From positions 62,001 to 126,000 of the IMG/VR virus record IMGVR_UViG_3300010399_000031: a stretch of 64,000 nucleotides of DNA; one strand, written 5' to 3'. Position 1 is the first letter of the stretch. Every line of letters starts with the position of its first letter. Below are positions 35,968 through 45,015 of this stretch, piece by piece. Below the pieces are notes generated by a model that was given only the letters and a program-made list of their open reading frames with translations, had not been told where the DNA came from and did not search any database. Made by a program: the position numbers and the translations under genes.

Positions 35968-37566
35968 TTACAGGGCCATACGGGCTTGAATTCGCTCGCT
36001 CTTTTGCACGAGCAGGGTAAAAAACGTGTACAACGAGTCGATTGGCACAAGATGCGGGTAACGCGGTAATTTATTCTCTTCACTCGGGGCGGCCGCCGTC
36101 GTTGCAATCACACTGATGGTGGTGTCGTCGACGAATTTGTGGATCGCATCGAAGTACGCCTTACGGACTTGGTCGACTTCCGAGAGCGTGTTCATGAGCA
36201 TGTCCAGTGTCTCGATATCTTCGATCACCGTTTCACCGCCGTCGCCCGACACTTCGATGAAATTCTTCACCCAGTGCACGAACTGACGCATGACCGTGGC
36301 TTTACCCTGGGTGCTGATATAACGATCCCGGATTTCGTCGTTCACCGGTTGCTGGAACGAACGATCCACCATATCGGTAATTGAATCGATCCAACGGCTA
36401 CCTGCTTTAAGATACTCATCGATCGAGGGTACCTTAAGCGTCATCTCCAAACCCTCTTCGAGTTTGACGCGTCGCTCGCTAAGCGTAAACTCCGCTTGGT
36501 AGCGCTCCAGTAGTTCCTCGGTGGTGTGGTTACCCATCCGACGTGACATATGGGCAATTTGCCACTCGGTGAGCATCGAGCGATCCACGAAGTGTAGCTT
36601 CGAGACGTCCAAAATCCCCTTGGCTTCTTTCTTCTCCTGATTCTCACCCACAAGAACCGAGCGCGAATACTGAAAACCCTTAGGGAAGATCACACAGGCC
36701 AGACCCCAAGCCAGTGTCTGCAAATCAGACGTCTTCAGACACTTGCGCCAGTCCAAGCTCGGTTTGAGCGTCTTATCGTGCATGTGCTCTTCAGCGAATT
36801 GCACGAGTTGGCCGGCGATGAACGAGGAACTGTTGGCAAAGGCCAAGCCGTACGTGCGACGTCCCAGCGTCACCTTCTCGTCCGAGATACGACGAAACAA
36901 ATCGAGCAAGTCCCCCTCGGTGGGGGCGCGCAGCGTAATCCAGAAGCCCGATGCCCACATCGGGATCTGGATGTACATCCCCATCCCTAGCAAAGCGCGC
37001 ACACGCTGCACCGCGCGCTGACCGGTGACGGGTTCGCCCGGTGCCGAAAAACGCGGACGCGCTGCCATCAGCTTGCTGTTCTCCGAAGGGACAGCTTGCA
37101 TCCAGCGCGAGTTTTCTCGCTCCACCGACGATTGGAACTGATTTTCGGTGGCTCGCGTCATTTCGCCGTCGAGCAATTGCTGCGCCCAAACGCGCTCGCC
37201 TTCCGTGTCGCCAATCATCTCGTTCGGGCGCTGTTCGTGGTATTGCTCCACGCGCTTTTCCGTATCGGCCGGTAGGATTAGCAGCTCGCCGTTGGCGATA
37301 TTCACGGGTCCCGGCGAGGTGTCCGGGTTGTAGATCTCGTACTCTTGTACGACGTTTTGCGCCGGTTCATGGGGCGGCAAACCCGGCCAGGGTTGATGCT
37401 CGGTCTCGGGTTGCGATTGGGCCTGCCCGCTTTGCGCGCTCGCGACTTGCTCCGACTCTTGGGTCGTCGCCCCGATCGCAGCGTCCTGACCGACGACGGG
37501 CGTATTCGGCACCTGTGCGCTCGGATCGGGTTGCGGCGTAGCGTTTTGATTTTCTTCGTTGGACAT
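35968..37566 (-). CDS. conserved core protein (phiKZ gp77 position), possibly T4 gp26-like hub chaperone
   Basis: QIPMWASGFWITLRAPTEGDLL resembles gp26-like N-terminal block; acidic P/Q-rich leader. Confidence 0.45.
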   Translation of the reverse strand: MSNEENQNATPQPDPSAQVPNTPVVGQDAAIGATTQESEQVASAQSGQAQSQPETEHQPWPGLPPHEPAQNVVQEYEIYNPDTSPGPVNIANGELLILPADTEKRVEQYHEQRPNEMIGDTEGERVWAQQLLDGEMTRATENQFQSSVERENSRWMQAVPSENSKLMAARPRFSAPGEPVTGQRAVQRVRALLGMGMYIQIPMWASGFWITLRAPTEGDLLDLFRRISDEKVTLGRRTYGLAFANSSSFIAGQLVQFAEEHMHDKTLKPSLDWRKCLKTSDLQTLAWGLACVIFPKGFQYSRSVLVGENQEKKEAKGILDVSKLHFVDRSMLTEWQIAHMSRRMGNHTTEELLERYQAEFTLSERRVKLEEGLEMTLKVPSIDEYLKAGSRWIDSITDMVDRSFQQPVNDEIRDRYISTQGKATVMRQFVHWVKNFIEVSGDGGETVIEDIETLDMLMNTLSEVDQVRKAYFDAIHKFVDDTTISVIATTAAAPSEENKLPRYPHLVPIDSLYTFFTLLVQKSERIQARMAL

Positions 37567-37576
37567 GACTATTCCG

Positions 37577-38239
37577 TTAGGCGTTGATTTCTTGCATGGC
37601 GTTGCCGACCACCGACATCGTCGTCTCGACGGATTCGACGTCGGTCACCACGTTAGGATCTTGTTCGGGTTTGAGCCCGGTGTCCGACAGTTGTCCGTTG
37701 GCGTCGAGCATGAGTAGTTCCGCCTCAGTGAAGATTTCGAGAATGTGCGCCACTGTCGGTTCAATGATGGCCGTCATCCGCTCCTTGAAGAGGTTGTACT
37801 TCTCGGCAATCTGGATCGAGAGCATCAGTTCATCCGGATCACTCGTACCACCTTCCCGACCTGCGTGCTCGGCTGCGATGGCCGTCAACTCGTTTTTGAG
37901 TGTGAGGATGTCACGCTTAAACATCTCAATGCGCAGCTGTAAGCCCTTTTGATCGCGGATGTGCGCGATAATGTCTTTTCGACGAGCAAGTGCACCCAGT
38001 ACGGCCGGGGCCATCACGCCCTTGGCGCATTCGATGTACAACCCACGCAGGTCGTTCCACACTGGCATCCAACCTTCGGCCTTTTTGCGCTCTTCTTCGT
38101 CTTGTTTGACCTCTTCGAGCTTTTTGGCAAACATCGGGTGAATGGCCGCAACGGGCGGCACTTGGGGTTGACGAGGTGCCGGAGCCACACCAACTTTTTG
38201 CATGTCCTTCATACGACGGCTAAGAGACTTCTTGGTCAC
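37577..38239 (-). CDS. conserved hypothetical coiled-coil protein
   Basis: 220-aa ORF, AGGAG upstream, operon context. Confidence 0.6.
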   Translation of the reverse strand: MTKKSLSRRMKDMQKVGVAPAPRQPQVPPVAAIHPMFAKKLEEVKQDEEERKKAEGWMPVWNDLRGLYIECAKGVMAPAVLGALARRKDIIAHIRDQKGLQLRIEMFKRDILTLKNELTAIAAEHAGREGGTSDPDELMLSIQIAEKYNLFKERMTAIIEPTVAHILEIFTEAELLMLDANGQLSDTGLKPEQDPNVVTDVESVETTMSVVGNAMQEINA

Positions 38240-38369
38240 GATGTGACTCCTAACTTGTTAGTTTATACCACAAAAAATCAGACAGACAGCTCAATCATTT
38301 GACTATCCGGCGACAATTGGCTACAGAATCCCGGAACGACTTACTTTTTTTGTGCGAAATGAGGCAAAC

Positions 38370-39203
38370 ATGCTCGACATACTCGACGACTACTTGAGTG
38401 GGGTAACCACGCCCGAGCTTAAGCAAGCCATTCGCCACGCTCATGAGTTGTTTGACCGCTACGGGCTCGACACCTACGAGAAGGACTTCGAAGAATTCCT
38501 CATGACAGGTGACCAAGCTGATACGGGTCGCGTGGTGCAAGACACGTATGATTTAACACGCTCGCTCCAGTTTAAGATTTTGGAGGAGCATCAACTCGTG
38601 ATCGATGAGAACGCAGCACCTTCTGTGCTCAATATCTTTTTGGAAGGTTTGTTGCGGTTGCCTGAGTACGATAACCCCGACGCACTGTATGGCATCTTGA
38701 TGCAACCACTCGATGCCATGGAGCTTATCTCCGAGTGTATCGCTTTGGTGATGGGGCGCTCAGCCGATCATCTTCACCAGTATGTCCGCAATTGTGGCGC
38801 TGCTCTTTTGCAACAAGTCGTGCGCAACCTCGATCAAAAACACTTCGCCCAGTCTGATGAAGAGATTGTGGCTAAGCGTGAGCGGGTGCAAGCTTACAAA
38901 GATTTTCTCGCCGTTGCACAGATCAAGCAACTGAAGATCGCATATCTCTTAGAGCACGGATTGGATGTGGGTCACCCGGTGATGATCTACTTGAATCTGA
39001 TCGGGCAAGACTTCGAGGAGATGGAGGCAAGCTATATCGCCAATGAGTTAGTTGCGATGTGTTTGATTTCCTCCGATGCGAACACCAATCCGCGCCAAGT
39101 GGTGACTGACCACCTGGAAAAATTCGTCTCTGACATGAACAAAATCACGAAAGTGGATTTGGTCGTGGGAGAGCTTTTACTTAAGTTGAGTGCCCATGGA
39201 TAA
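38370..39203 (+). CDS. conserved hypothetical protein (phiKZ gp79 position)
   Basis: GAGG upstream of ATG 38370; overlaps the virion RNAP gene start. Confidence 0.65.
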   Translation: MLDILDDYLSGVTTPELKQAIRHAHELFDRYGLDTYEKDFEEFLMTGDQADTGRVVQDTYDLTRSLQFKILEEHQLVIDENAAPSVLNIFLEGLLRLPEYDNPDALYGILMQPLDAMELISECIALVMGRSADHLHQYVRNCGAALLQQVVRNLDQKHFAQSDEEIVAKRERVQAYKDFLAVAQIKQLKIAYLLEHGLDVGHPVMIYLNLIGQDFEEMEASYIANELVAMCLISSDANTNPRQVVTDHLEKFVSDMNKITKVDLVVGELLLKLSAHG

Positions 39204-40503
39204 GCGATCTTACTTTTTAGCAGCCTGCCGCGCTGAGGAGTTTCGGCGCTCGGCCTGGGTGATCTCCGTGTTTGCCGTACTGAAGGAAGACCCGGAGAAA
39301 TGGAAGACAGATAACTACCCTTATCGGATAGTCCAGTTACCTACAGGCAATTGGTTTGTCAACCCAGAGAATCGAGACGAATTACTCCCGATTGAAGGCA
39401 CCAAACCGGGTGAACCGATGTTCCGCCCTGGTGAGTGGGTGACTATTACCAAGCGGGAATTTCCCAACCTGGAGAAAGAGAGAGCAACCGTAACCTACGG
39501 CAATTTGCTCGTGAACTTCACCTCAGTGATCTACCCCTTTGGTAACAAAGTACCGTACCAAGAGGGAGAAATTACTGCACGGGGAATGGAAAAACTCATC
39601 ATCAAGCGGTTAAGAGATACGCCTGAAGAAGGCCAAGCGCGTGAAGATCGAGTGATCTACGTCGACGAGTATTTGAAGTTCGCCGACTCGATGTTTTATC
39701 TTGCTGGTCTGTCGCAAGTGTGTGTCCCCGCTGGTTCGCGTAAAGCGATGACCGTCGACCCAGCAGTTTATAAACTGCGTGAGAGGCTCATCGCAGAAAA
39801 CAAAGATCGCTTGCACGATGCGACAACTGTAGCGAAGATCGACGCGGAACTCGTTAAACACGATAAAGCATGGATCAAAGGCGACGAGGCTGAGCACTTC
39901 TTGCTTGCAGGAAAATCGTACGACATTGTGCGCAAGAAGCTCTTTTTGCAAATGGGTGCAGAAATCGGTTTGGATGAGAGCCAGACCGTGGACTATATCC
40001 CTAAGTCACTGGCAGAAGGTTGGGATATTTCCAAATTCCCCGCCATGAACAATTCCCTCCGAGCAGGCTCCTTTAATCGGGGCTACCAGACTATGCTCGG
40101 CGGTGAATCGGTTAAGTGGCTTTTGCGTGCCTCCTCCAATATGTCAGTCACTTCGCCAGACTGCGGTTCAAAACTTGGCAATGAAGTAAAAATTGACGAA
40201 CACAATAAAGCTTCCTTGGTCGGTTTTAGTCTGGTTGGAAAAGAAGGACCGATCAAAGTGACAGAAGAAAACGTCGGTCAGTATTTGGGTAAGACAGTCA
40301 TGGTGCGCTCACCCATGTATTGCACGATGCCCAAGACTGACTTTTGCGCGGTATGCGTAGGAGACCGATTGGCTGCGAACCCGAATGCTTTGTCGGCCGC
40401 AGTGGCGCAGTATGGCAACGCCTTCTTAGATCTTTTCATGTCCGCTGCGCATGCCAAGGCTTTATCCTTGGTAAAGATGGATTATCGCGATGTAATCCTG
40501 TAA
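39196..40503 (+). CDS. virion RNA polymerase beta-prime C-terminal subunit (phiKZ gp80-like)
   Basis: DCGS and RSPMYC...FCAVCVG Zn site; second beta-prime C paralog in the window. Confidence 0.82.
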   Translation: MDKRSYFLAACRAEEFRRSAWVISVFAVLKEDPEKWKTDNYPYRIVQLPTGNWFVNPENRDELLPIEGTKPGEPMFRPGEWVTITKREFPNLEKERATVTYGNLLVNFTSVIYPFGNKVPYQEGEITARGMEKLIIKRLRDTPEEGQAREDRVIYVDEYLKFADSMFYLAGLSQVCVPAGSRKAMTVDPAVYKLRERLIAENKDRLHDATTVAKIDAELVKHDKAWIKGDEAEHFLLAGKSYDIVRKKLFLQMGAEIGLDESQTVDYIPKSLAEGWDISKFPAMNNSLRAGSFNRGYQTMLGGESVKWLLRASSNMSVTSPDCGSKLGNEVKIDEHNKASLVGFSLVGKEGPIKVTEENVGQYLGKTVMVRSPMYCTMPKTDFCAVCVGDRLAANPNALSAAVAQYGNAFLDLFMSAAHAKALSLVKMDYRDVIL

Positions 40504-40574
40504 AAATCAAGATTTTCATCGTCGTTTTAATTTTGTACATTGTATAGTGCAACTAGTGAAGTATCAAAAAATAC

Positions 40575-41591
40575 ATGTACAAAATCGATGAAGAACTTGA
40601 AGTAGTCGCCTTGATTGAGCACCCACGATACCCCGGCTTTTTCGTTATCCCAGGAAACGATTGGATTGCGATCAACAGAGTCGGGGTATGTATCAGTCTC
40701 CTTACAGGAAACCCAGCAAAACCCCAAAACGGACCAGGGGGTTATAAAACAATCACAGTCTGGAGATACGGAAAATCCAAGACCTTTTATATCCATCGCC
40801 TTGTTGCTCTAACTTTTGTCGGACGACCTAAGCGGCATTGGAAAAAGGATTTCTCCGAATTGGAAGTGAACCACAAGGACGGAGATAAGTCGAACTATTT
40901 GATTAAAAATCTTGAATGGGTCACACCCAGAGAAAACATGATCCATGCCAGTACCAATGGATTGTTTAACGGGGAAGAAGTCGTTGCAAAGAACACTCAG
41001 ACACTGAAAGAAATTCGATTTCCTAACGCCACACGCTGTGCGAGGTATTTTGGATTAAACACCAAACGTTTTATTAGACATCTTGCTTCGCCTGGTTATG
41101 GGAGACTCACTAAAGATTGGTATGTCTTTAAGTACGATGATGATCAACCCTGGCCCGTGTTGACAGAGAAAGAAAAAGTTAAAGATTCGTGGGATGACAT
41201 TTACGTCACCTGGTACGCAAAGAGTCTTGAAACTGGCGATGTAGTAATTGCAGATAAGCTTGAGGAACTGGCTGTTTTGTTAGGTTTTTCTTACTATGCA
41301 GTTGCAACCCATCGGCAAGAGAAAGGGGAATCCGTTGCGTACTGTGGTTGGATTATCCAAAAGGATGATGCTCCGCTAGAAGACGGGGTGAACAAACGCT
41401 TGCGTGGGGAGAAGTACAGCTGGAAGAAACCCAAACCCGTTGTTTTTGAAAACATCAAAACAAAAGAAGTGAAGAAATTCCCGAGCATAAGGGTAGCGGC
41501 AAAAGAGACCAACATCAAGGAAGGCAAGATTATCTATTCGATTAAAAACGGAAAGATTGTCAACGGATGTTCCTTGAAGTACGAAGAATGA
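40575..41591 (+). CDS. free-standing HNH homing endonuclease (NUMOD4-like N-terminus)
   Basis: YIHRLVALTFVG...VNHKDGDKSNYLIKNLEWVTPRENMIH; AT-rich. Confidence 0.88.
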   Translation: MYKIDEELEVVALIEHPRYPGFFVIPGNDWIAINRVGVCISLLTGNPAKPQNGPGGYKTITVWRYGKSKTFYIHRLVALTFVGRPKRHWKKDFSELEVNHKDGDKSNYLIKNLEWVTPRENMIHASTNGLFNGEEVVAKNTQTLKEIRFPNATRCARYFGLNTKRFIRHLASPGYGRLTKDWYVFKYDDDQPWPVLTEKEKVKDSWDDIYVTWYAKSLETGDVVIADKLEELAVLLGFSYYAVATHRQEKGESVAYCGWIIQKDDAPLEDGVNKRLRGEKYSWKKPKPVVFENIKTKEVKKFPSIRVAAKETNIKEGKIIYSIKNGKIVNGCSLKYEE

Positions 41592-41655
41592 TTTAGTTTT
41601 TCATTGCGTTCGAGGATCTTCTGAGGAAGTACCCTCAACCCAAACCTCGCTTGGA

Positions 41656-43785
41656 GTGAACATGTCGGATGTGAACGATCAGAACCAACAAGCTGGAGCC
41701 ACGAGCACCAGCGCCGCAGTACCGGCTCCCTCGATTGTCGTGGGTAGTCCCGGCCTCGTCGAGTACACGGACTCGACCGGCAAGAAGGAATTCTATCCGC
41801 TTCAACCCGGTGAAACGCTCGATGCCAATGGCCTCATTCAACCGAGCGGCTTGACCCCGGAGCAAGCCACGGCTGAACTGGCTGCCGAAACGGACAGCCG
41901 TGTTGCAGCCCAACAAACCGCTTCGACCCTCGTTCCCGATGCGTCGAGCACGACCGATCAAGGAACGAGTGATGCCAACGCAGGAACCTCCGTGCCCGCA
42001 GCAGGAACCACCGGAACCGCCGATGCAAGCGGAGCCGACCAATCCGGCGCTGCAAGTACCGACGCTGACGCAACTCAAAGCGCAGGCACAGCCGCTGGCG
42101 ATGCAAGCGCTACATCGAGCACAAGCGGCGATAATGGGGCTGATGCAGCAGCAAGCACAGCTGTCGACCAACAACCCGCAACCGGAAGCGATGTCGGATC
42201 ATCGGCTGATGCTACCGCCGTCGGTGGGCAAGTCGATCCCAACGCAGGAACTGCTGGAAGCGATGCAGCAAATGCAGCAGCAGGAACGACAGCAGCTGAC
42301 GCTGACAGCACGCAGCAACCCGACGCACCCGTGGCCGGTGGTGCTGGGACACCCGCAGTAACGGATCCGAGCGCTGCTCCGGCGACCTCGACTACGACGA
42401 GCACCGATACGGGGGTTACTGATGCAACCCAAGTTCAACCCGCAAACGGCGATGCTGACGCCGATACCGCAACCGATGCAACCGCTGACGCCGCAGCAGG
42501 TGCAGCAGCAGATGCAAACGCTACGGCGGCTGGTGGCGACGCAACCACTGTCGATCAAGGGACTGGTGACGCCGGAACCCAAGACGGTGGACAGGTCAGC
42601 GGCGACGGGCAAGGCGACGCTGCTGGTTCGGCAGGTCAACAAAGCGTCGACACCCCCGTCTCAGCCGTGACGACGAGTACGACGGATGCCGCTTCCACGG
42701 CAGACGCGGGAAACGTTGCGAGTGGCGCCTCTACCACAACGGATGCTTCGGCCACGTCTGCGCCGGCTGGTGACGCGGGAAACGACCAAGATGCAGCCAA
42801 TGCTGCTGGCCCTGTTGCCGACTCTACAACTGACGCTCCGGTGGCCGGCGCTGCAACTGATACTTCACAATCCGCCGCTGACGCGAGCCAGTCGACGAGC
42901 AGCGATGCAACGACGACCGATGCATCGACCACGACGCCTGCGGTCTCGACAGTCACGGATCCGGCAACGGGAAACCAGTCGCCCGCGTCTTCCACCCCGA
43001 GTTCGGACGCAAGCGCCAGCACCACCGACGCTTCATCGTCGTCGATCGCAACGGATACGCCCTCGGCTGGTGGCGCGTCGGATTCGTCCACACCGTCGAC
43101 GGGTGACTCGGGAAACGTCCAGCCGGCCGCGAACGCTGGGAGCGATACGTCCTCCTCGGACTCTTCGCAGTCGCAACAGCCGGCGCAACCTTCCTCGGCG
43201 GACTCGTCTTCCACCGATGGTGATACGACGACGAGTGCAAGTGATACGCCTTCGGCTCCCGTGACACCGGTCGATCCGGTACCGCCCGGTCCGGGTGATG
43301 CAGGTCGGGCACTGACGCCGACTGAAGTCAACCAGATCGTCTGGAGTTTGATCAAGGATTGCTCGCAGATGACGAAGGACGTCATTGAAGGGGTGTACGC
43401 GTACATCTCCAACATGCGGCCGAACATGCCGCTGACGGCAGAAGAAGGCGCACGTCAGCAAGTGACGCTCTTCCGCCATCTGTCGAACCTGTTCAACCGC
43501 GTCGAGGGCGACTTCACGCAAGCGTTTGCTGCCACGCTCAAGCTGTTCGAGACGCATTCGAACGGCGTGTTCGCGGAGACGCATCGCTACCGTTTCATGG
43601 ATCGGATGGATCCGCTCTCGGGTAAGGATCGCGAGGCATTTCGTGCGATGGTGCACATGCTCGTGACGCTGGGTCCGGTGGCGGGCCGCCAACAGGTTCT
43701 GAAGCAGTTGAGCCTGGAAAAAGCCATGGAGCACGGCGTGAACGAAGCGGGCAAGATGCGCGTGCGATCGTTCCTCGGTCAGTAA
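41656..43785 (+). CDS. protein with ~460-aa Asp/Ser/Thr/Ala/Gly-rich disordered region and C-terminal helical domain
   Basis: 709-aa ORF; composition read directly from the translation. Confidence 0.8.
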   Translation: MNMSDVNDQNQQAGATSTSAAVPAPSIVVGSPGLVEYTDSTGKKEFYPLQPGETLDANGLIQPSGLTPEQATAELAAETDSRVAAQQTASTLVPDASSTTDQGTSDANAGTSVPAAGTTGTADASGADQSGAASTDADATQSAGTAAGDASATSSTSGDNGADAAASTAVDQQPATGSDVGSSADATAVGGQVDPNAGTAGSDAANAAAGTTAADADSTQQPDAPVAGGAGTPAVTDPSAAPATSTTTSTDTGVTDATQVQPANGDADADTATDATADAAAGAAADANATAAGGDATTVDQGTGDAGTQDGGQVSGDGQGDAAGSAGQQSVDTPVSAVTTSTTDAASTADAGNVASGASTTTDASATSAPAGDAGNDQDAANAAGPVADSTTDAPVAGAATDTSQSAADASQSTSSDATTTDASTTTPAVSTVTDPATGNQSPASSTPSSDASASTTDASSSSIATDTPSAGGASDSSTPSTGDSGNVQPAANAGSDTSSSDSSQSQQPAQPSSADSSSTDGDTTTSASDTPSAPVTPVDPVPPGPGDAGRALTPTEVNQIVWSLIKDCSQMTKDVIEGVYAYISNMRPNMPLTAEEGARQQVTLFRHLSNLFNRVEGDFTQAFAATLKLFETHSNGVFAETHRYRFMDRMDPLSGKDREAFRAMVHMLVTLGPVAGRQQVLKQLSLEKAMEHGVNEAGKMRVRSFLGQ

Positions 43786-43817
43786 GTCAAGCACGATGCA
43801 TTAGTGGGTGAGGGTTA

Positions 43818-43877
43818 AGAGGGATTGGGTGCTCCATCTTTTGGAGCACCTAGTCTCCTCTTTTTCTTTTTTATGCC
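43818..43877 (+). terminator. intrinsic terminator followed by TATGCC
   Basis: GGTGCTCCA...TGGAGCACC core stem, T-tract, TATGCC. Confidence 0.8.
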
Positions 43878-43898
43878 ACTAATGCGTCGGGGTAAAAC

Positions 43899-44711
43899 AT
43901 GTCTGCATTGCCAAGTAACTATGATCTGTATCATCGTCGCGGGGTACAGAAAGCACTGAACGAAAAATGCAACCCTTCACCGAATCTGAAAGTCGACGGA
44001 GTGTTTGGTCCTGTCTCTGTCGCGGCTTTGCAAACTTACCAACACCAATCCGGTCTTGACGCCGATGGCGTCTATGGACCTCAGACTCAGGCGCTACTCG
44101 AACCGTTTATCGCGAGCAAGTACATCGCCAAGTCCGATCTTCAGCAAGCAGCAAACGACTTACAAGTCGAACTCTTTGCCATCGAAGCCAATGCAGAGAC
44201 CGAATCGCAAGGCTCTGGTTTTTTCAACGACGGCAGCTGCGCAATTTTGTTTGAACGCTATTGGATGTATCGCAACCTGATCGCCGCCAAGGGTCAGGCA
44301 ACGACCGATGGCTTGATGAACCGGTATCCGGACATCATCAACCCGTCTCGCAACTACTTGGGCGGACCTGCTGAGTATAAGCGACTGAACTTAGCCCTTA
44401 CAGTCGATCGCAATTGCGCGTTGCTCTCGACCTCATGGGGATTGTTCCAGATCATGGGCTTTAACTACAAAGACGCCGGCTACCAATCGGTGGAGAGCTA
44501 CGTTTCCGACATGAATACGTCAGAAAAGCTCCAACTGGCAGCTTACGTGAACTTCATCAAGAATCACCAAAACGGCGCTTTGCAGCGCTCGTTGCAAGCG
44601 AAGAACTGGGCAGGCTTTACCGGAGTGTATAACGGCTCAGCCAACATCTCGATTTACTCGATGAGGATGAGTAACAATTACAAGCTCTTTTCAACCGGTC
44701 AATTGGTTTAG
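43899..44711 (+). CDS. modular endolysin: peptidoglycan-binding domain plus DUF3380-type N-acetylmuramidase
   Basis: DGVFGP...DGVYGPQT PG-binding repeat; ETESQG, ILFERYW and STSWGLFQIMGFNY. Confidence 0.88.
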   Translation: MSALPSNYDLYHRRGVQKALNEKCNPSPNLKVDGVFGPVSVAALQTYQHQSGLDADGVYGPQTQALLEPFIASKYIAKSDLQQAANDLQVELFAIEANAETESQGSGFFNDGSCAILFERYWMYRNLIAAKGQATTDGLMNRYPDIINPSRNYLGGPAEYKRLNLALTVDRNCALLSTSWGLFQIMGFNYKDAGYQSVESYVSDMNTSEKLQLAAYVNFIKNHQNGALQRSLQAKNWAGFTGVYNGSANISIYSMRMSNNYKLFSTGQLV

Positions 44712-44762
44712 CGGCATATGACCCGTTCAAGACTACCTCGCTTAATCGGCAGGGTAGTCTTG
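44711..44762. terminator. hairpin between convergent genes with TATGCC on the minus strand
   Basis: CAAGACTACC...GGTAGTCTTG. Confidence 0.7.
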
Positions 44763-44772
44763 GGCTGGGGCA

Positions 44773-45015
44773 TTATGTCCCATTGGCCATATTGTCAATT
44801 ACTTCATGTGCGTATTCAGCGGGAATACGTATCACGGGAAAAAACTCTTCTCCAAACTCATCGCGTCTTGCTGCACTGACGTTGAATGAAATACTGAGGC
44901 GTACACGAGCAAAGTATCTTGCTTGAGGGCCGTATAGCTGACTCTCTCGCCACATTCGTTTGCGGAACTCTTTATTCCATCGAATCCGCGCTTTGACTGT
45001 TTTAGACAGCGCCAT
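44773..45015 (-). CDS. small basic hypothetical protein
   Basis: 80 aa, GAGGA upstream, overlaps the polymerase-subunit stop. Confidence 0.55.
   Translation of the reverse strand: MALSKTVKARIRWNKEFRKRMWRESQLYGPQARYFARVRLSISFNVSAARRDEFGEEFFPVIRIPAEYAHEVIDNMANGT

Noticed and set aside
40504-41655. Second group I intron around the HNH gene
   Set aside because: Upstream RNAP gene appears complete and no P/Q/R/S elements flank the ORF
41900-43305. CRISPR array or tandem DNA repeat
   Set aside because: Low-complexity coding sequence with no fixed-length repeat or spacer structure
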